From Myxococcota bacterium (GTDB taxonomy: Bacteria > Myxococcota_A > UBA796 > GCA-2862545), in contig JBCCQY010000001.1 of assembly GCA_039208735.1 (NCBI GenBank), positions 32,001-96,000 of the forward strand: DNA of 64,000 bases, given 5' to 3'. Shown one piece after another: positions 18,342 to 28,006 of this stretch. Both the position numbers and the translations under genes were made by a program. Below the pieces are notes generated by a model. That model worked only from the letters and a program-made list of their open reading frames with translations, was not told where the DNA came from and made no database searches. Within the stretch, counting starts at the first letter, position 1, and each line of letters starts with the position of its first letter.

Positions 18342-19468
18342 TGACCCGCATGACATGGACCTTCCCGGTGATCCTCGCCGCCCTTGGCGTCGTGGGCGGG
18401 GCCATCCTGGTGGCCACGGGAAGTAGCGAACCCGCCCGTGCGGCGGTAGAGGCCCCCCCCTTGACTGTGACGGCATTGGCGGTCGAGGCCGGCGATGTAC
18501 CGGTTTCAGTCAACGGAACCGGCGTGGTGAAGCCCGCGCAAGAGGTCCAGCTCGCGTCGCGCGTCTCGGGTCCGGTCATTTGGACGGCATCCGACCTTCG
18601 CCCCGGCCGGACGGTGACCACGGGAGAGACGCTGGCCCGGATCGACCCCACCGCGTTTGAAGCGAGTGTCGCAGAGGCCCGCTCGAGCGTGTTGTCGGCC
18701 GAGGAAGCGTTGGCGCTTGAGGCCGGGAAGGGCCGCGTCGCTTCTCTTGAGCAGGAGCTGGTGGGCGGTGAAGTGTCGAACCTCGCCCTGCGAACTCCCC
18801 AGAAAGCGAGTGCGGAAGCCAAGCTTGCATCTGCCCAAGCGTCATTGGCGAAGGCCGAGCGAGACCTGGCCGACACCCGCATTCGCGCGCCCTTCGACGG
18901 GTTGTTGGTCGAGGAGTCCATCGAGCGGGGCAGCTACCTGGCCACCGGGGGTTCCGTGGGCCGCATCGTCGGCTCGGAACGCATGTGGGTGGAGTTGCCG
19001 CTTGCGGTCGCCAGGGCCGATCAGCTCCAGATTCCTGGCTACAACGGGGAAGAATCGAGCCTTGCCGAACTCCGGCTCGTCGGGACCGGGGGCACACGAG
19101 AGGGCTACGTGGCGGGCATCGGTGGAGAGATCGATGCCACGACGCGGTCGGTAACGGTGTTGGTGGCCGTGGAAGCTCCGTTTGACCCTACCCTTGGGCC
19201 GGTCCTGTTGCCGGGGAGCTTCGTGGACGTGACCCTCGCGGGTCGTGCCCTTCCGGATGCCGTCTCGCTTCCCGCGGACACGCTGCGCGACGCCAGCTCG
19301 GTGTGGACGGTGTCGCGTGAAGGGGTCCTGGCTCGGCGCAGCATCGAGGTGTGGTGGCGTGATGGTGATCGGGTCGTCGTAGGCGGCTTGCCGGCCGAAA
19401 CCCGCGTGGTGGTCGAGGCCTCGGGTCCCTTGCTCGAAGGGGCCGTGGCCCAGGTGGAGGTGCTCTGA
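18338..19468 (+). CDS. RND efflux periplasmic adaptor (MFP)
   Basis: N-terminal TM anchor; LASRVSG, IRAPFDG, LLPGSFV; ATGA overlap. Confidence 0.92.
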   Translation: MMTRMTWTFPVILAALGVVGGAILVATGSSEPARAAVEAPPLTVTALAVEAGDVPVSVNGTGVVKPAQEVQLASRVSGPVIWTASDLRPGRTVTTGETLARIDPTAFEASVAEARSSVLSAEEALALEAGKGRVASLEQELVGGEVSNLALRTPQKASAEAKLASAQASLAKAERDLADTRIRAPFDGLLVEESIERGSYLATGGSVGRIVGSERMWVELPLAVARADQLQIPGYNGEESSLAELRLVGTGGTREGYVAGIGGEIDATTRSVTVLVAVEAPFDPTLGPVLLPGSFVDVTLAGRALPDAVSLPADTLRDASSVWTVSREGVLARRSIEVWWRDGDRVVVGGLPAETRVVVEASGPLLEGAVAQVEVL

Positions 19469-22400
19469 TGAACGGTCTCCTCTCTTGGATGGCGAACAAC
19501 CGAGTTGCCGCCAATCTCTTGATGATCCTGTTGTTGCTGGGCGGCTTCTTGTCAGCCCAGAACACCCAGCAGGAAGTGTTTCCCGAGTTCGCGCTCGATG
19601 CGGTCACCGTTAGCGTGGCCTACCCAGGAGCGAGCCCGGAAGAGGTCGAACAGGGGGTTCTGCTTGCGGTCGAAGATGCGGTGAGTGGAATCGAAGGTGT
19701 GGACGAAGTGGTGTCGATGGCCGAGGAGGGTAGCGGCACGGTGGTGGTGTGGCTGCTGACCAGTGCGGACCGCGAAACGGCGTTGCGCGACATCGAAAAG
19801 GCTGTCGACCGGGTCACGACCCTCCCCGACGATGCGGAAGAACCACTGATTACGGAGCTGTCTCGTCGCTCTCGCGTGATTACGGTTGCGGTGTCGGGGA
19901 GCCAGCAGCTCGACGATTTGTTGGTGGTTGCGGATCGACTCAAGGATGACCTCGTCGTGCATCCCGACATCTCGCTGGTCGAGGTCTCGGGCGCCCCCGA
20001 CCGCGAGGTCGCCGTCGAGATCGATTTGGCCACGTTGCAGGCCTTCGGGCTCACCCTCGACGACGTGTCCCGTCAGATCGCCCAATTCTCGCTCGAACGC
20101 CCCGCCGGCTCGGTCGAAACCGCGGGCGGTGACCTGCGGGTGCGGGTGAGTGACCGGAGCCTCGACGAGTCCGACTTTGCGAACATCCCGGTGCGAACCT
20201 CGACCGGTGGTGGAACGGTGCGGTTGGGTGACATCGCGACCATCACGTCAGGATTTGCCGATGACGACGCAGGAACGTGGTTCGACGGCGAGCGCTCGTT
20301 GCGCGTGGATGCCTACCGCATCGGGGATGAACGACCCGCCGAAGTCGCGGCGGCCACCCGGGATGCTGTCGCGGCGATGCAGTCCGACCTGCCTGACACG
20401 GTCTCCCTGACCGTTCTTTCGGACGATAGCGAGGCGCTGACCGGTCGACTGTCGTTGTTGCTTCGCAATGCTCTGCAGGGCTTGGTGCTGGTCTTCGCCG
20501 CGTTGGCGTTGTTCCTCGATCTGCGTACCGCGGGTTGGGTCGCGGCCGGCATTCCCATTGCGTTTTTGGGTGCCTTCCTCGTGCTTCCCCTGTTCGGGGT
20601 TTCCGTCAACATGATCAGCTTGTTTGCCCTGCTGGTGGTGCTCGGGCTCGTGGTCGACGATGCGATTGTGGTCGGAGAGCAGATCTTCTACGAACAGGAA
20701 CAGCTCGAGGAGGGGGCCGATGAAGCCGCGCTGACCCAGGCGAGCGTGCGCGGCACCTGGCGCATGGTCGGGCCGGTGGTCGTGGCGGTGCTCACCACCA
20801 TCTTTGCGTTTGCACCCATGCTGGGCGTGCCCGGCGTGTTTGGCAAGATCTTCTGGGTGTTCCCCGTCGTGATTGCCGCGGTGCTCGCCTTTAGCCTCAT
20901 CGAAGCGTTCCTGATTCTTCCGGCCCATTTGTCGCACCGTGAGCCCTGGACGCTCCAGAAGTGGGTGGACCCCGTTCGGGAGCGCTTTTCGTCGGGTCTG
21001 AAGCGATTCGTGAAACAGGTGTATGAGCCAGGCATGAGGCGACTGCTGGACTGGCGAGGCTCGCTCGCCGGAGCCGCGTTGGGTCTGCTTGCCTTGTCTG
21101 GCGGAGTGGTTGCGGGCGGCTGGGTCCCGGTGAAGTTCTTCCCGGACATTCCCGGCAGCCAGATCACGGCAACCGCTTCGTTGCCGGCGGGGTCGCCGGA
21201 CGTCACGGTCGATGCGGCACGCAAGGCGGTGGAAGCGGCTGCCCGCACGGCCCTGGCCGAAACCGGGGTCGAGCCTGCGGTGCAGGGCATCGTGTCCAAG
21301 CGGACGGTCGGTGACAACGGGGGGGATGAGATCGTCGTTGAAATCAACGTCGACGAAGACGCCCTCACCGCCACCACCGAAGACATCGAGGCCGCCTGGA
21401 GTGCGGCACTGCCTCCGATCGACGGCTTGCAGTCCGTGGTGTTCGACGCGGCCGCCGGGCCGTCTGCCGGGTCGCCCATCGACGTGACGCTGCGCCATGC
21501 GGATGTGGCCGTGCTCACCGCGGCGAGCGAGTCGCTGATGCAGTCGTTGGGCGAGTTTGCCGACCTCACCGATGTGTCGAGCAGCCTGGCTTCGAGCACT
21601 CCCCAGCTCGATGTGCGCGTGAACGCCTTGGGAACGTCGCTGGGCTTGTCGTCCGATGCCCTGGCGTCGCAAGTGCGTGCCGCCTACCAAGGGTCTGAGG
21701 CACTCAAAGAGCAGGATGGTCGTAGGGAACGAACCGTCCGCGTTCGCTTGCCCTTCGAAGAGCGTACCCAAGAGTCGATTCTCGAGCGGTTACCCGTGCG
21801 GGTGGGGTCCGACGACTACGTGGCGCTCGCCGATGTTGCGGAGCTGTCGCGGAGCCGGTCTCCGGCTCGCATCGACCGCGAGGATGGCGCCCGGCTCGTG
21901 CACGTGACCGCGGGACTGGCGCCGGGGGTTGCCTCGTCCAGCGAGGTGGTGAGGGTCCTGGAACGTGACATCTTGCCTGCGCTCGAGGCCCAGCATCCGG
22001 GGATGGTCACTGGAATGGGGGGGCAGCAGGAAGAGATGTCGGAGTCGCTCAATGCCCTGATTCCATTAGGGGGACTGGCCCTGGTCGCCATTTTCGCCCT
22101 GCTCGCTTCGACCTTCCGTAGCTACATCCAGCCGGTGGTGGTGATGAGCGCGATTCCCTTCGGCATCGTGGGGGCCGTCGCCGGTCACGCCTTGCTGGGA
22201 CTGGAGATGTCGATCATCTCGTTGTTTGGGGTCATCGCGTTGGCCGGGGTGGTCGTCAATGACAGCCTCGTGCTGGTGGATGCAGCCAATGAACGTCGAG
22301 CAGAAGGTGCCTCACCCCTGGATGCCATCGTGAGTGCAGGTGCCCGACGGATGCGCCCCATCCTGCTCACCTCGATCACGACCTTTCTTGGCTTGGCTCC

Positions 22401-22593
22401 AATGTTGCTCGAAACCAGTGTTCAGGCCCAGTTCCTGATTCCGATGGCGGCCAGTCTCGGCTTCGGCATCCTGTTTGCCACGGTGGTGGTGCTGGTGCTC
22501 GTGCCCGCCTTCTACCTGCTCGTGGAAGACGCGGTAGCCTGGGCCACAGGGGTGACTCCGGAGCCCGTCCTCGCCACGGCGAACGCGGGCTAA
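19468..22593 (+). CDS. RND efflux transporter permease (AcrB/AcrD/AcrF family)
   Basis: 1041 aa; YPGASPEEVE, GLVVDDAIVVGE, RMRPILLTSITT. Confidence 0.95.
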   Translation: MNGLLSWMANNRVAANLLMILLLLGGFLSAQNTQQEVFPEFALDAVTVSVAYPGASPEEVEQGVLLAVEDAVSGIEGVDEVVSMAEEGSGTVVVWLLTSADRETALRDIEKAVDRVTTLPDDAEEPLITELSRRSRVITVAVSGSQQLDDLLVVADRLKDDLVVHPDISLVEVSGAPDREVAVEIDLATLQAFGLTLDDVSRQIAQFSLERPAGSVETAGGDLRVRVSDRSLDESDFANIPVRTSTGGGTVRLGDIATITSGFADDDAGTWFDGERSLRVDAYRIGDERPAEVAAATRDAVAAMQSDLPDTVSLTVLSDDSEALTGRLSLLLRNALQGLVLVFAALALFLDLRTAGWVAAGIPIAFLGAFLVLPLFGVSVNMISLFALLVVLGLVVDDAIVVGEQIFYEQEQLEEGADEAALTQASVRGTWRMVGPVVVAVLTTIFAFAPMLGVPGVFGKIFWVFPVVIAAVLAFSLIEAFLILPAHLSHREPWTLQKWVDPVRERFSSGLKRFVKQVYEPGMRRLLDWRGSLAGAALGLLALSGGVVAGGWVPVKFFPDIPGSQITATASLPAGSPDVTVDAARKAVEAAARTALAETGVEPAVQGIVSKRTVGDNGGDEIVVEINVDEDALTATTEDIEAAWSAALPPIDGLQSVVFDAAAGPSAGSPIDVTLRHADVAVLTAASESLMQSLGEFADLTDVSSSLASSTPQLDVRVNALGTSLGLSSDALASQVRAAYQGSEALKEQDGRRERTVRVRLPFEERTQESILERLPVRVGSDDYVALADVAELSRSRSPARIDREDGARLVHVTAGLAPGVASSSEVVRVLERDILPALEAQHPGMVTGMGGQQEEMSESLNALIPLGGLALVAIFALLASTFRSYIQPVVVMSAIPFGIVGAVAGHALLGLEMSIISLFGVIALAGVVVNDSLVLVDAANERRAEGASPLDAIVSAGARRMRPILLTSITTFLGLAPMLLETSVQAQFLIPMAASLGFGILFATVVVLVLVPAFYLLVEDAVAWATGVTPEPVLATANAG

Positions 22594-22613
22594 GGGTCGG
22601 GGTGGGAGGTCGT

Positions 22614-23303
22614 GTGGCAGAGGGCCGAATTCTCGTCGTGGAAGACGACGTCGAACTTGCGGAACTCGTGCAGGAGACGCTGCAACGTGATGGTTATGAG
22701 GTGGCGCTCCACCACCGTGGAGACACCGCGGTGGAGGCCATTCAACGCGTCGACCCCGACCTGTTGGTCCTCGACCTCATGCTCCCAGGCACTGACGGGT
22801 TTGACGTCCTGCGTCAACTCCGTCCGGCATGGACGCGCCCGGTGCTGATGCTGACCGCCCGCGGTGATGCCTTTGACCAGGTTTCGGGGCTCGAGCTAGG
22901 AGCCGACGACTATGTTGTGAAGCCGGTACTGCCGAGGCTTCTGCTGGCGCGCGTCAAAGCACTGCTGCGTCGCGCGGTCCCCGTCGTCGACGCAGAAGCC
23001 CCGCTCGAACTCGGTGGACTGCGCATCGTGCCCCGGGCTCGCGAGGTGCGGGTCGGGGACGAGCCGATTCGGCTCACCGATGCGGAGTACGACTTGATTT
23101 GGTTCCTCGCCCAGAATGCGGGGCGCGTGGTGAGTCGTGAAGAGCTGTTCCGGGAGTTGAGGGGCATCGAATACGACGGGCTCGATCGCTCGATGGACTT
23201 GCGGGTGTCGAAGCTGCGGTCCCACTTGCGCAAGGCGCTCGGCGTGGACGGGCCGATTCGAACGGTCCACGGTCGTGGCTACCTGTTTGCGGTCGACGCA
23301 TGA
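22614..23303 (+). CDS. OmpR-family response regulator (RstA-like)
   Basis: GGAGGT RBS; LDLMLPG, GADDYVVKP, RGIEYDGLDRSMDLRVSKLR. Confidence 0.95.
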   Translation: MAEGRILVVEDDVELAELVQETLQRDGYEVALHHRGDTAVEAIQRVDPDLLVLDLMLPGTDGFDVLRQLRPAWTRPVLMLTARGDAFDQVSGLELGADDYVVKPVLPRLLLARVKALLRRAVPVVDAEAPLELGGLRIVPRAREVRVGDEPIRLTDAEYDLIWFLAQNAGRVVSREELFRELRGIEYDGLDRSMDLRVSKLRSHLRKALGVDGPIRTVHGRGYLFAVDA

Positions 23304-24757
23304 ACCAGCTTTTCATCCGTCTGTATGTGCTCGTGGTCACGGCGACACTGGCCGCGATGGCTGGTTCGTTCGTGTTCGTGGTGACTCGTGTGTTGCCCGA
23401 ACGCAATCAAGAACTCGCCGAACTCTTGGTGGCGGACCTTCAGGAACTCGCCGAGCGGGTCGAAGCGCAAGGTCCGGACGCGCTGACGAGCGCCAGGGCC
23501 GATGTGGGGCCCGCGCTGGCGCTGCTTCCTCTCGACGTGTTGGAGTGGTCGGAGGCCGACCGTGCGGCATTGCGGCGGGGTGAGGTGATCGTGCGCGGCG
23601 ACGAACTCAGTCGCTACGCCTATGTGCAGGTTCCCTCAACCAGCGAGGTGGTTGAATTCGAACTGTCTGGGATCGAGGGGCGCATCGTGCAGTGGGGCGC
23701 GCTGGCGATCGACCATTCGCCCGACCCCGACGACGTCTTCAAGGGTGAGCTGACGCCGCTGCAGGAAGCGCGCTTACGCTATCGGCCGATCGCCCTGCAA
23801 AACCGCTCCTACCTGCCTTCGGGGCTCGTGGTGTATGAGCGCGACGGACAGCGGTTTCAGATGATCATCGATGCGGATGGTCCACAGGATGTTCGCCTGC
23901 TGGGATTGGGCACGATGCTGCTGTTGCTCGCGTTGGCCGTCATCTTGCCGCTCCTGCCCCTCCACCGTCAGCTCAGCGCGCTCGGCGAGGCGGCCAAAGC
24001 GCTGGGAGAAGGCGATACGCGGGCACGGGTTCCCCTCATTGCTGGCGGTGGGCCTGTTCATCCGGTGGCCGAGCAGGTCAACCGGATGGCGCAAGAGATC
24101 GAGGATGCACTGGGTCGAAATCAGGAATTATTGCGTTCGGTCGCCCACGAAATGCGCACACCGCTATCGCGCTTGGTGTTGGCGCTCGACTTGCTGCAGG
24201 ACGACACACCCGAAGCCCGCGCGGCGCGCATCGCCAAGCTTCAGCAGACGGTCATCGAAATGCAAGGGCTGACCGATGAGCTGCTCGACTTCTCGAGACT
24301 GGGAGACCGGCCGGAAGTGGCCCGGAAAACCGTCAACCTTGTGGACGTGGCGCACGACGTCGCCGGGCGCTGGGCGGGAACGGTGGTGAACTCCGCTTCC
24401 GAACCGGTTCACGTCCTCGGCGAGCCCAAGCTCATCACGCGAGCCATCGAGAATGCGGTCAGCAACGCGGTGCGCTACGCCACGCCCCCCACCATTGGCT
24501 TTTCGCGCACCGCGCAAGGGTGGGCGGTGATGGTGGATGATGCCGGCCCGGGCATCGCCGAGGCGGATCGGCAGCGCATCTTCGAGCCTTTTGAACGCCT
24601 CGAAGCGAGCCGGAGTCGCGACACCGGAGGAACGGGGCTGGGATTAGCCATCGTACGCCGCATCCTGGTTGCGCATGGCGGCACAGCCTCGATTGAGGAT
24701 TCGCCTCAGGGCGGTGCGCGCGTGCGACTCGAATTCTCCACTGCGTTCACTTCCTGA
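23300..24757 (+). CDS. Sensor histidine kinase (RstB-like)
   Basis: AHEMRTPL, NAVSNAVRY, DDAGPGI, GGTGLGLAIV. Confidence 0.93.
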   Translation: MNQLFIRLYVLVVTATLAAMAGSFVFVVTRVLPERNQELAELLVADLQELAERVEAQGPDALTSARADVGPALALLPLDVLEWSEADRAALRRGEVIVRGDELSRYAYVQVPSTSEVVEFELSGIEGRIVQWGALAIDHSPDPDDVFKGELTPLQEARLRYRPIALQNRSYLPSGLVVYERDGQRFQMIIDADGPQDVRLLGLGTMLLLLALAVILPLLPLHRQLSALGEAAKALGEGDTRARVPLIAGGGPVHPVAEQVNRMAQEIEDALGRNQELLRSVAHEMRTPLSRLVLALDLLQDDTPEARAARIAKLQQTVIEMQGLTDELLDFSRLGDRPEVARKTVNLVDVAHDVAGRWAGTVVNSASEPVHVLGEPKLITRAIENAVSNAVRYATPPTIGFSRTAQGWAVMVDDAGPGIAEADRQRIFEPFERLEASRSRDTGGTGLGLAIVRRILVAHGGTASIEDSPQGGARVRLEFSTAFTS

Positions 24758-24916
24758 AAGATGCTTCGCGCGAGGACGTGGCCACGCTCGAAGTCTGTCG
24801 CATCGTATTGGTTAGCAATAACCTACTCTTAAATGAGATTAATCGGCCTGGGGGTCGTCGGGTTCAAGCGGTAGTCGTCCTTCACCGGAGACGAAATCTC
24901 GGTGGAGGAACGAACC

Positions 24917-26371
24917 ATGCAGCGCTCCATGATTCCACAATGCCTAAGTGCGGTCGTCATTGCAGTGCTCGCTTCGGCGTGCACGGGTGCCCCCGATCGT
25001 GACGAGCAGAACAACGAAATCGATCCAGGTCAAGAAGTCCCTGAGGCGACGACCGACCCCACCGGAGACCCTGAACCCACTCCCGAGCCGAGTGCGGATT
25101 TGGCCTATGCCACAGTGAATCCGTGGGGCCCGGTGCTCGTCGATGGTGACGGGTACGTTTTGTATCTGTTCACGTCCGACTGGCCTTCGGGTTGGGGCCA
25201 GGAGGCGGTCAGCCGGTGTGTCGGGCCCTGCGTTGACCAGTGGCCACCGGTCATCTTCAACGAGCCCGTCCTTGGCGAAGGGTTGGACGCCGCCAACCTG
25301 GGCTGGTTCACCCGCGATGATGGCAGCCGGCAGGTGACCTGGATGGGCTGGCCTGTGTACCGGTTCGGCGGGGACACCGCCCCTGGCCAGGCCTCCGGAG
25401 ACGGCGACGCCCAGCAGTGGTTCGTGGTTCCGGAGACCGGCTACACCCACCTGCCCACCCGGAACGAGTCGTACACCTGGCTCGTAGGTATGGAGGGGCG
25501 CGCCTACTACTACCTGGCAGACGACGATATCGGCACACCCACGGAGGACCCCGTCTCCTGGTGTACCGACGCCTGCCTCGATACCTTCCCGCCCGCCACA
25601 GGGCCCGCGTACCTGCCTTCGGCACTCGACCCTTCAGACGTCTACACGTTCGAACGCCCTGATGGCATCGAGCAACTCGCATACCGCGGACGTCCGCTCT
25701 ACACCTACGTTGAAGATGTCTACCCGGGCGACACCAAGGCCGATGGACTGGCCGGCCGTTGGTTCAAGGTGGATCCCTACGCCCTCCCCCCGGTCATCGA
25801 GGACCTCAAGCTCGACTTCGATAACCTTGCGCCGGGCATCGATTTTGACGTGTTGACCGTCCCTACGAGTAGGGGCAACGTGGACGTCACGGCCACCCTG
25901 GTCGTGCCCAACGTTTCCGCCACGCCCAATCCGATTGCGCTGTTCGATGCAGAGTGTGGGGGCTCCGCAGCGGGGTGCACGGGTGACGACGAGGACCTTT
26001 TCGCGGCAGGGCAGGGCCAGATCCTGGTGGCCCAAGATCCCACCAACGACGTCGAGCCTGATGACGCGGCGTCGCCTGCCCAGTTCACCTTTGATCTGTC
26101 GGTTCTGGACTGCGACACCATTGAGGTCGTCGAGTTCGTAGCCATCGATTCCAAGGACACTTCGTTTTCGACCATCCCGGGCGCCATTGCGCGTGACACC
26201 TTCATCGACTCGGGCTTTCCGAATCTGGATCCCAACCTTCTGGGCCGGTTTGGCGGTGAGCCCATCCTCGTGGACCAGGGCGTCTTCCATCTGTACGTGT
26301 GGGATTCAGGCGCGATCGATGATCTGACCATTCGCTGTACGAGCGAAAGCACTTGGTGGGAAGACCGGTAA
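24917..26371 (+). CDS. Lipoprotein with four Yx(F/W/Y)xxD repeats (COG4315/Lipoprotein_15-like) plus an unknown C-terminal domain
   Basis: Lipobox ASAC; LYLFTSD..C...C..QWPP, GWPVYRFGGD, YYYLADD..C...C..TFPP, GRPLYTYVED. Confidence 0.8.
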   Translation: MQRSMIPQCLSAVVIAVLASACTGAPDRDEQNNEIDPGQEVPEATTDPTGDPEPTPEPSADLAYATVNPWGPVLVDGDGYVLYLFTSDWPSGWGQEAVSRCVGPCVDQWPPVIFNEPVLGEGLDAANLGWFTRDDGSRQVTWMGWPVYRFGGDTAPGQASGDGDAQQWFVVPETGYTHLPTRNESYTWLVGMEGRAYYYLADDDIGTPTEDPVSWCTDACLDTFPPATGPAYLPSALDPSDVYTFERPDGIEQLAYRGRPLYTYVEDVYPGDTKADGLAGRWFKVDPYALPPVIEDLKLDFDNLAPGIDFDVLTVPTSRGNVDVTATLVVPNVSATPNPIALFDAECGGSAAGCTGDDEDLFAAGQGQILVAQDPTNDVEPDDAASPAQFTFDLSVLDCDTIEVVEFVAIDSKDTSFSTIPGAIARDTFIDSGFPNLDPNLLGRFGGEPILVDQGVFHLYVWDSGAIDDLTIRCTSESTWWEDR

Positions 26372-26414
26372 CGGAATCGTTGCTTTGGGTATGATGGCGG
26401 TCGCGGGAGGATCG

Positions 26415-26984
26415 ATGCGGAGCTGGTGCTGGGGGTGGCTGTTCACGGTTGGGGCTTGTTCGGAAGGGGCGATGGACCCTGATGCATCCACCGGCGCCTG
26501 TGGCGTCGAGACGACCGAGACTGCGGAGTTCGACTTCGCAGGTAGTCGCTTCTCTTTGCCGATTCAAGACGCCGTTGTGGAGAACGAGTTTGGCAACGTC
26601 GGGGGTAGTGTCGAAGAGTGGTTCTGGCGCGTAGCGGTGACCGCGGTGGAGTCGGACGGGACCTTCCTTCAGATTCAAGTGACCGACAGCGGTGTCCAGC
26701 CGCTGAGCCCGAGCTACGTCATCGACGGAACCGACTTGTTGAACAGCATCGTTCACACCGTCGACGCTGGGAACTGCAGTCCCGACTTCGGGCGCAAGCC
26801 CACGTTCACGACGAATCTGGGTGGACAGGGCACTGTGACTGTCGAAGAGGTCAGCCGGAATTGCGTGGCGCTATCCTTCGACGCAATGCTTTTGGATGGC
26901 AACTTCGGCAACCCGGCATGCGATGGGCCAGAGCTGTGGCCGATTTCGGGACGGGTTTCGAGCAGGAATGTTGTTGTGAACTGA
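26415..26984 (+). CDS. Hypothetical lipoprotein
   Basis: GGAGG RBS; lipobox VGAC. Confidence 0.65.
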   Translation: MRSWCWGWLFTVGACSEGAMDPDASTGACGVETTETAEFDFAGSRFSLPIQDAVVENEFGNVGGSVEEWFWRVAVTAVESDGTFLQIQVTDSGVQPLSPSYVIDGTDLLNSIVHTVDAGNCSPDFGRKPTFTTNLGGQGTVTVEEVSRNCVALSFDAMLLDGNFGNPACDGPELWPISGRVSSRNVVVN

Positions 26985-27012
26985 ACGCCTTGCTTGCGTG
27001 CAAAAGTTGGTT

Positions 27013-27993
27013 CTACGTCGGCTCTTGCCACGCTTTGCGCAGCACGCCGAACACCACTTCGTCGTGCCACACGCCGTCCACGGGGATGCACTCTCGAAGG
27101 CGGCCTTGCTCCTCGAACCCCAGCTTGCGGGCCACCCCAAGCATCCCCTGATTTCCCGACCACGTGGCGAGCCGCACGCTGTGAAGGTCCCACTGGGCGA
27201 ATAAGAAGCTCACCCAAAGGCCCAACGCCTCGCTTCCGTACCCCTTTCGCCATGTGGTTTCGTCGCGAAGGTTGATGCCCACGCCCACGTAGCCACCAAA
27301 CGGGTCTTCGGGGTAGCTGACCACGTCGCCGATGTAGCGGTCGGTGCCCCGTTCGGCGATGACCACGCGTTGTCCTCCCCCCACGTCGTCGCCATGGCGC
27401 AGGAACTGATGATGCAGTCGGCGGTCCTCTTCGATGCGGCGGGGGGACGGCACGGGATGGTGGGGCGCGTTGAGTCGGCGGTGGGCGGCCTTGGGCCCAT
27501 CCAACTTGAATCGCCGGTCGACATCTTCCGCTGTGAAAGCCCGCACGCGGATGTGAGGTCCCTCGAGCGGAAGGGCGGCTTGCACAGCCTCAATCTTGGC
27601 CTGACGTGCCTTGCGCTCCGGAGATTCGAAGATCTGCACCACGTTGCCTTCGGGATCGGTGCACTCGCAGTAGGTGGTGCCTTCCCACGTCCAGGGGTCG
27701 CGGGCCAGGCCTCCGTGATCGAGGATGGCCTGTCGCTGAGCCACCACGTCTGCGGTGGCAAACGAAAGTTTGTAGGCCACCTGATCGCGCCACTTCACCT
27801 CGGTCGGGGCAGGGCCCCAAATCTCCTCGGAGATGCAGTGGAGCACGACTTTCGCCCATGGGGAGGACAGTTCGACGAGGTCGGGGTGCCGACTTGGGTG
27901 AGCGCGCATCGCAAACGCACCTTCATAGAAGCGACGCACGACGTCCAGATCTCGGACAAAGACAAACGCATGGTCCAAGCAGGCTTGGGGCAT
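27013..27993 (-). CDS. VOC (glyoxalase-like) + RimJ/RimL-type GNAT acetyltransferase fusion
   Basis: FVRDLD...RFY...DPEGNVVQI, then WRKGYGSEAL, TWSGNQGM..VARKLGF.EQGRLR. Confidence 0.85.
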   Translation of the reverse strand: MPQACLDHAFVFVRDLDVVRRFYEGAFAMRAHPSRHPDLVELSSPWAKVVLHCISEEIWGPAPTEVKWRDQVAYKLSFATADVVAQRQAILDHGGLARDPWTWEGTTYCECTDPEGNVVQIFESPERKARQAKIEAVQAALPLEGPHIRVRAFTAEDVDRRFKLDGPKAAHRRLNAPHHPVPSPRRIEEDRRLHHQFLRHGDDVGGGQRVVIAERGTDRYIGDVVSYPEDPFGGYVGVGINLRDETTWRKGYGSEALGLWVSFLFAQWDLHSVRLATWSGNQGMLGVARKLGFEEQGRLRECIPVDGVWHDEVVFGVLRKAWQEPT

Positions 27994-28006
27994 TCGACCT
28001 CCGGCG

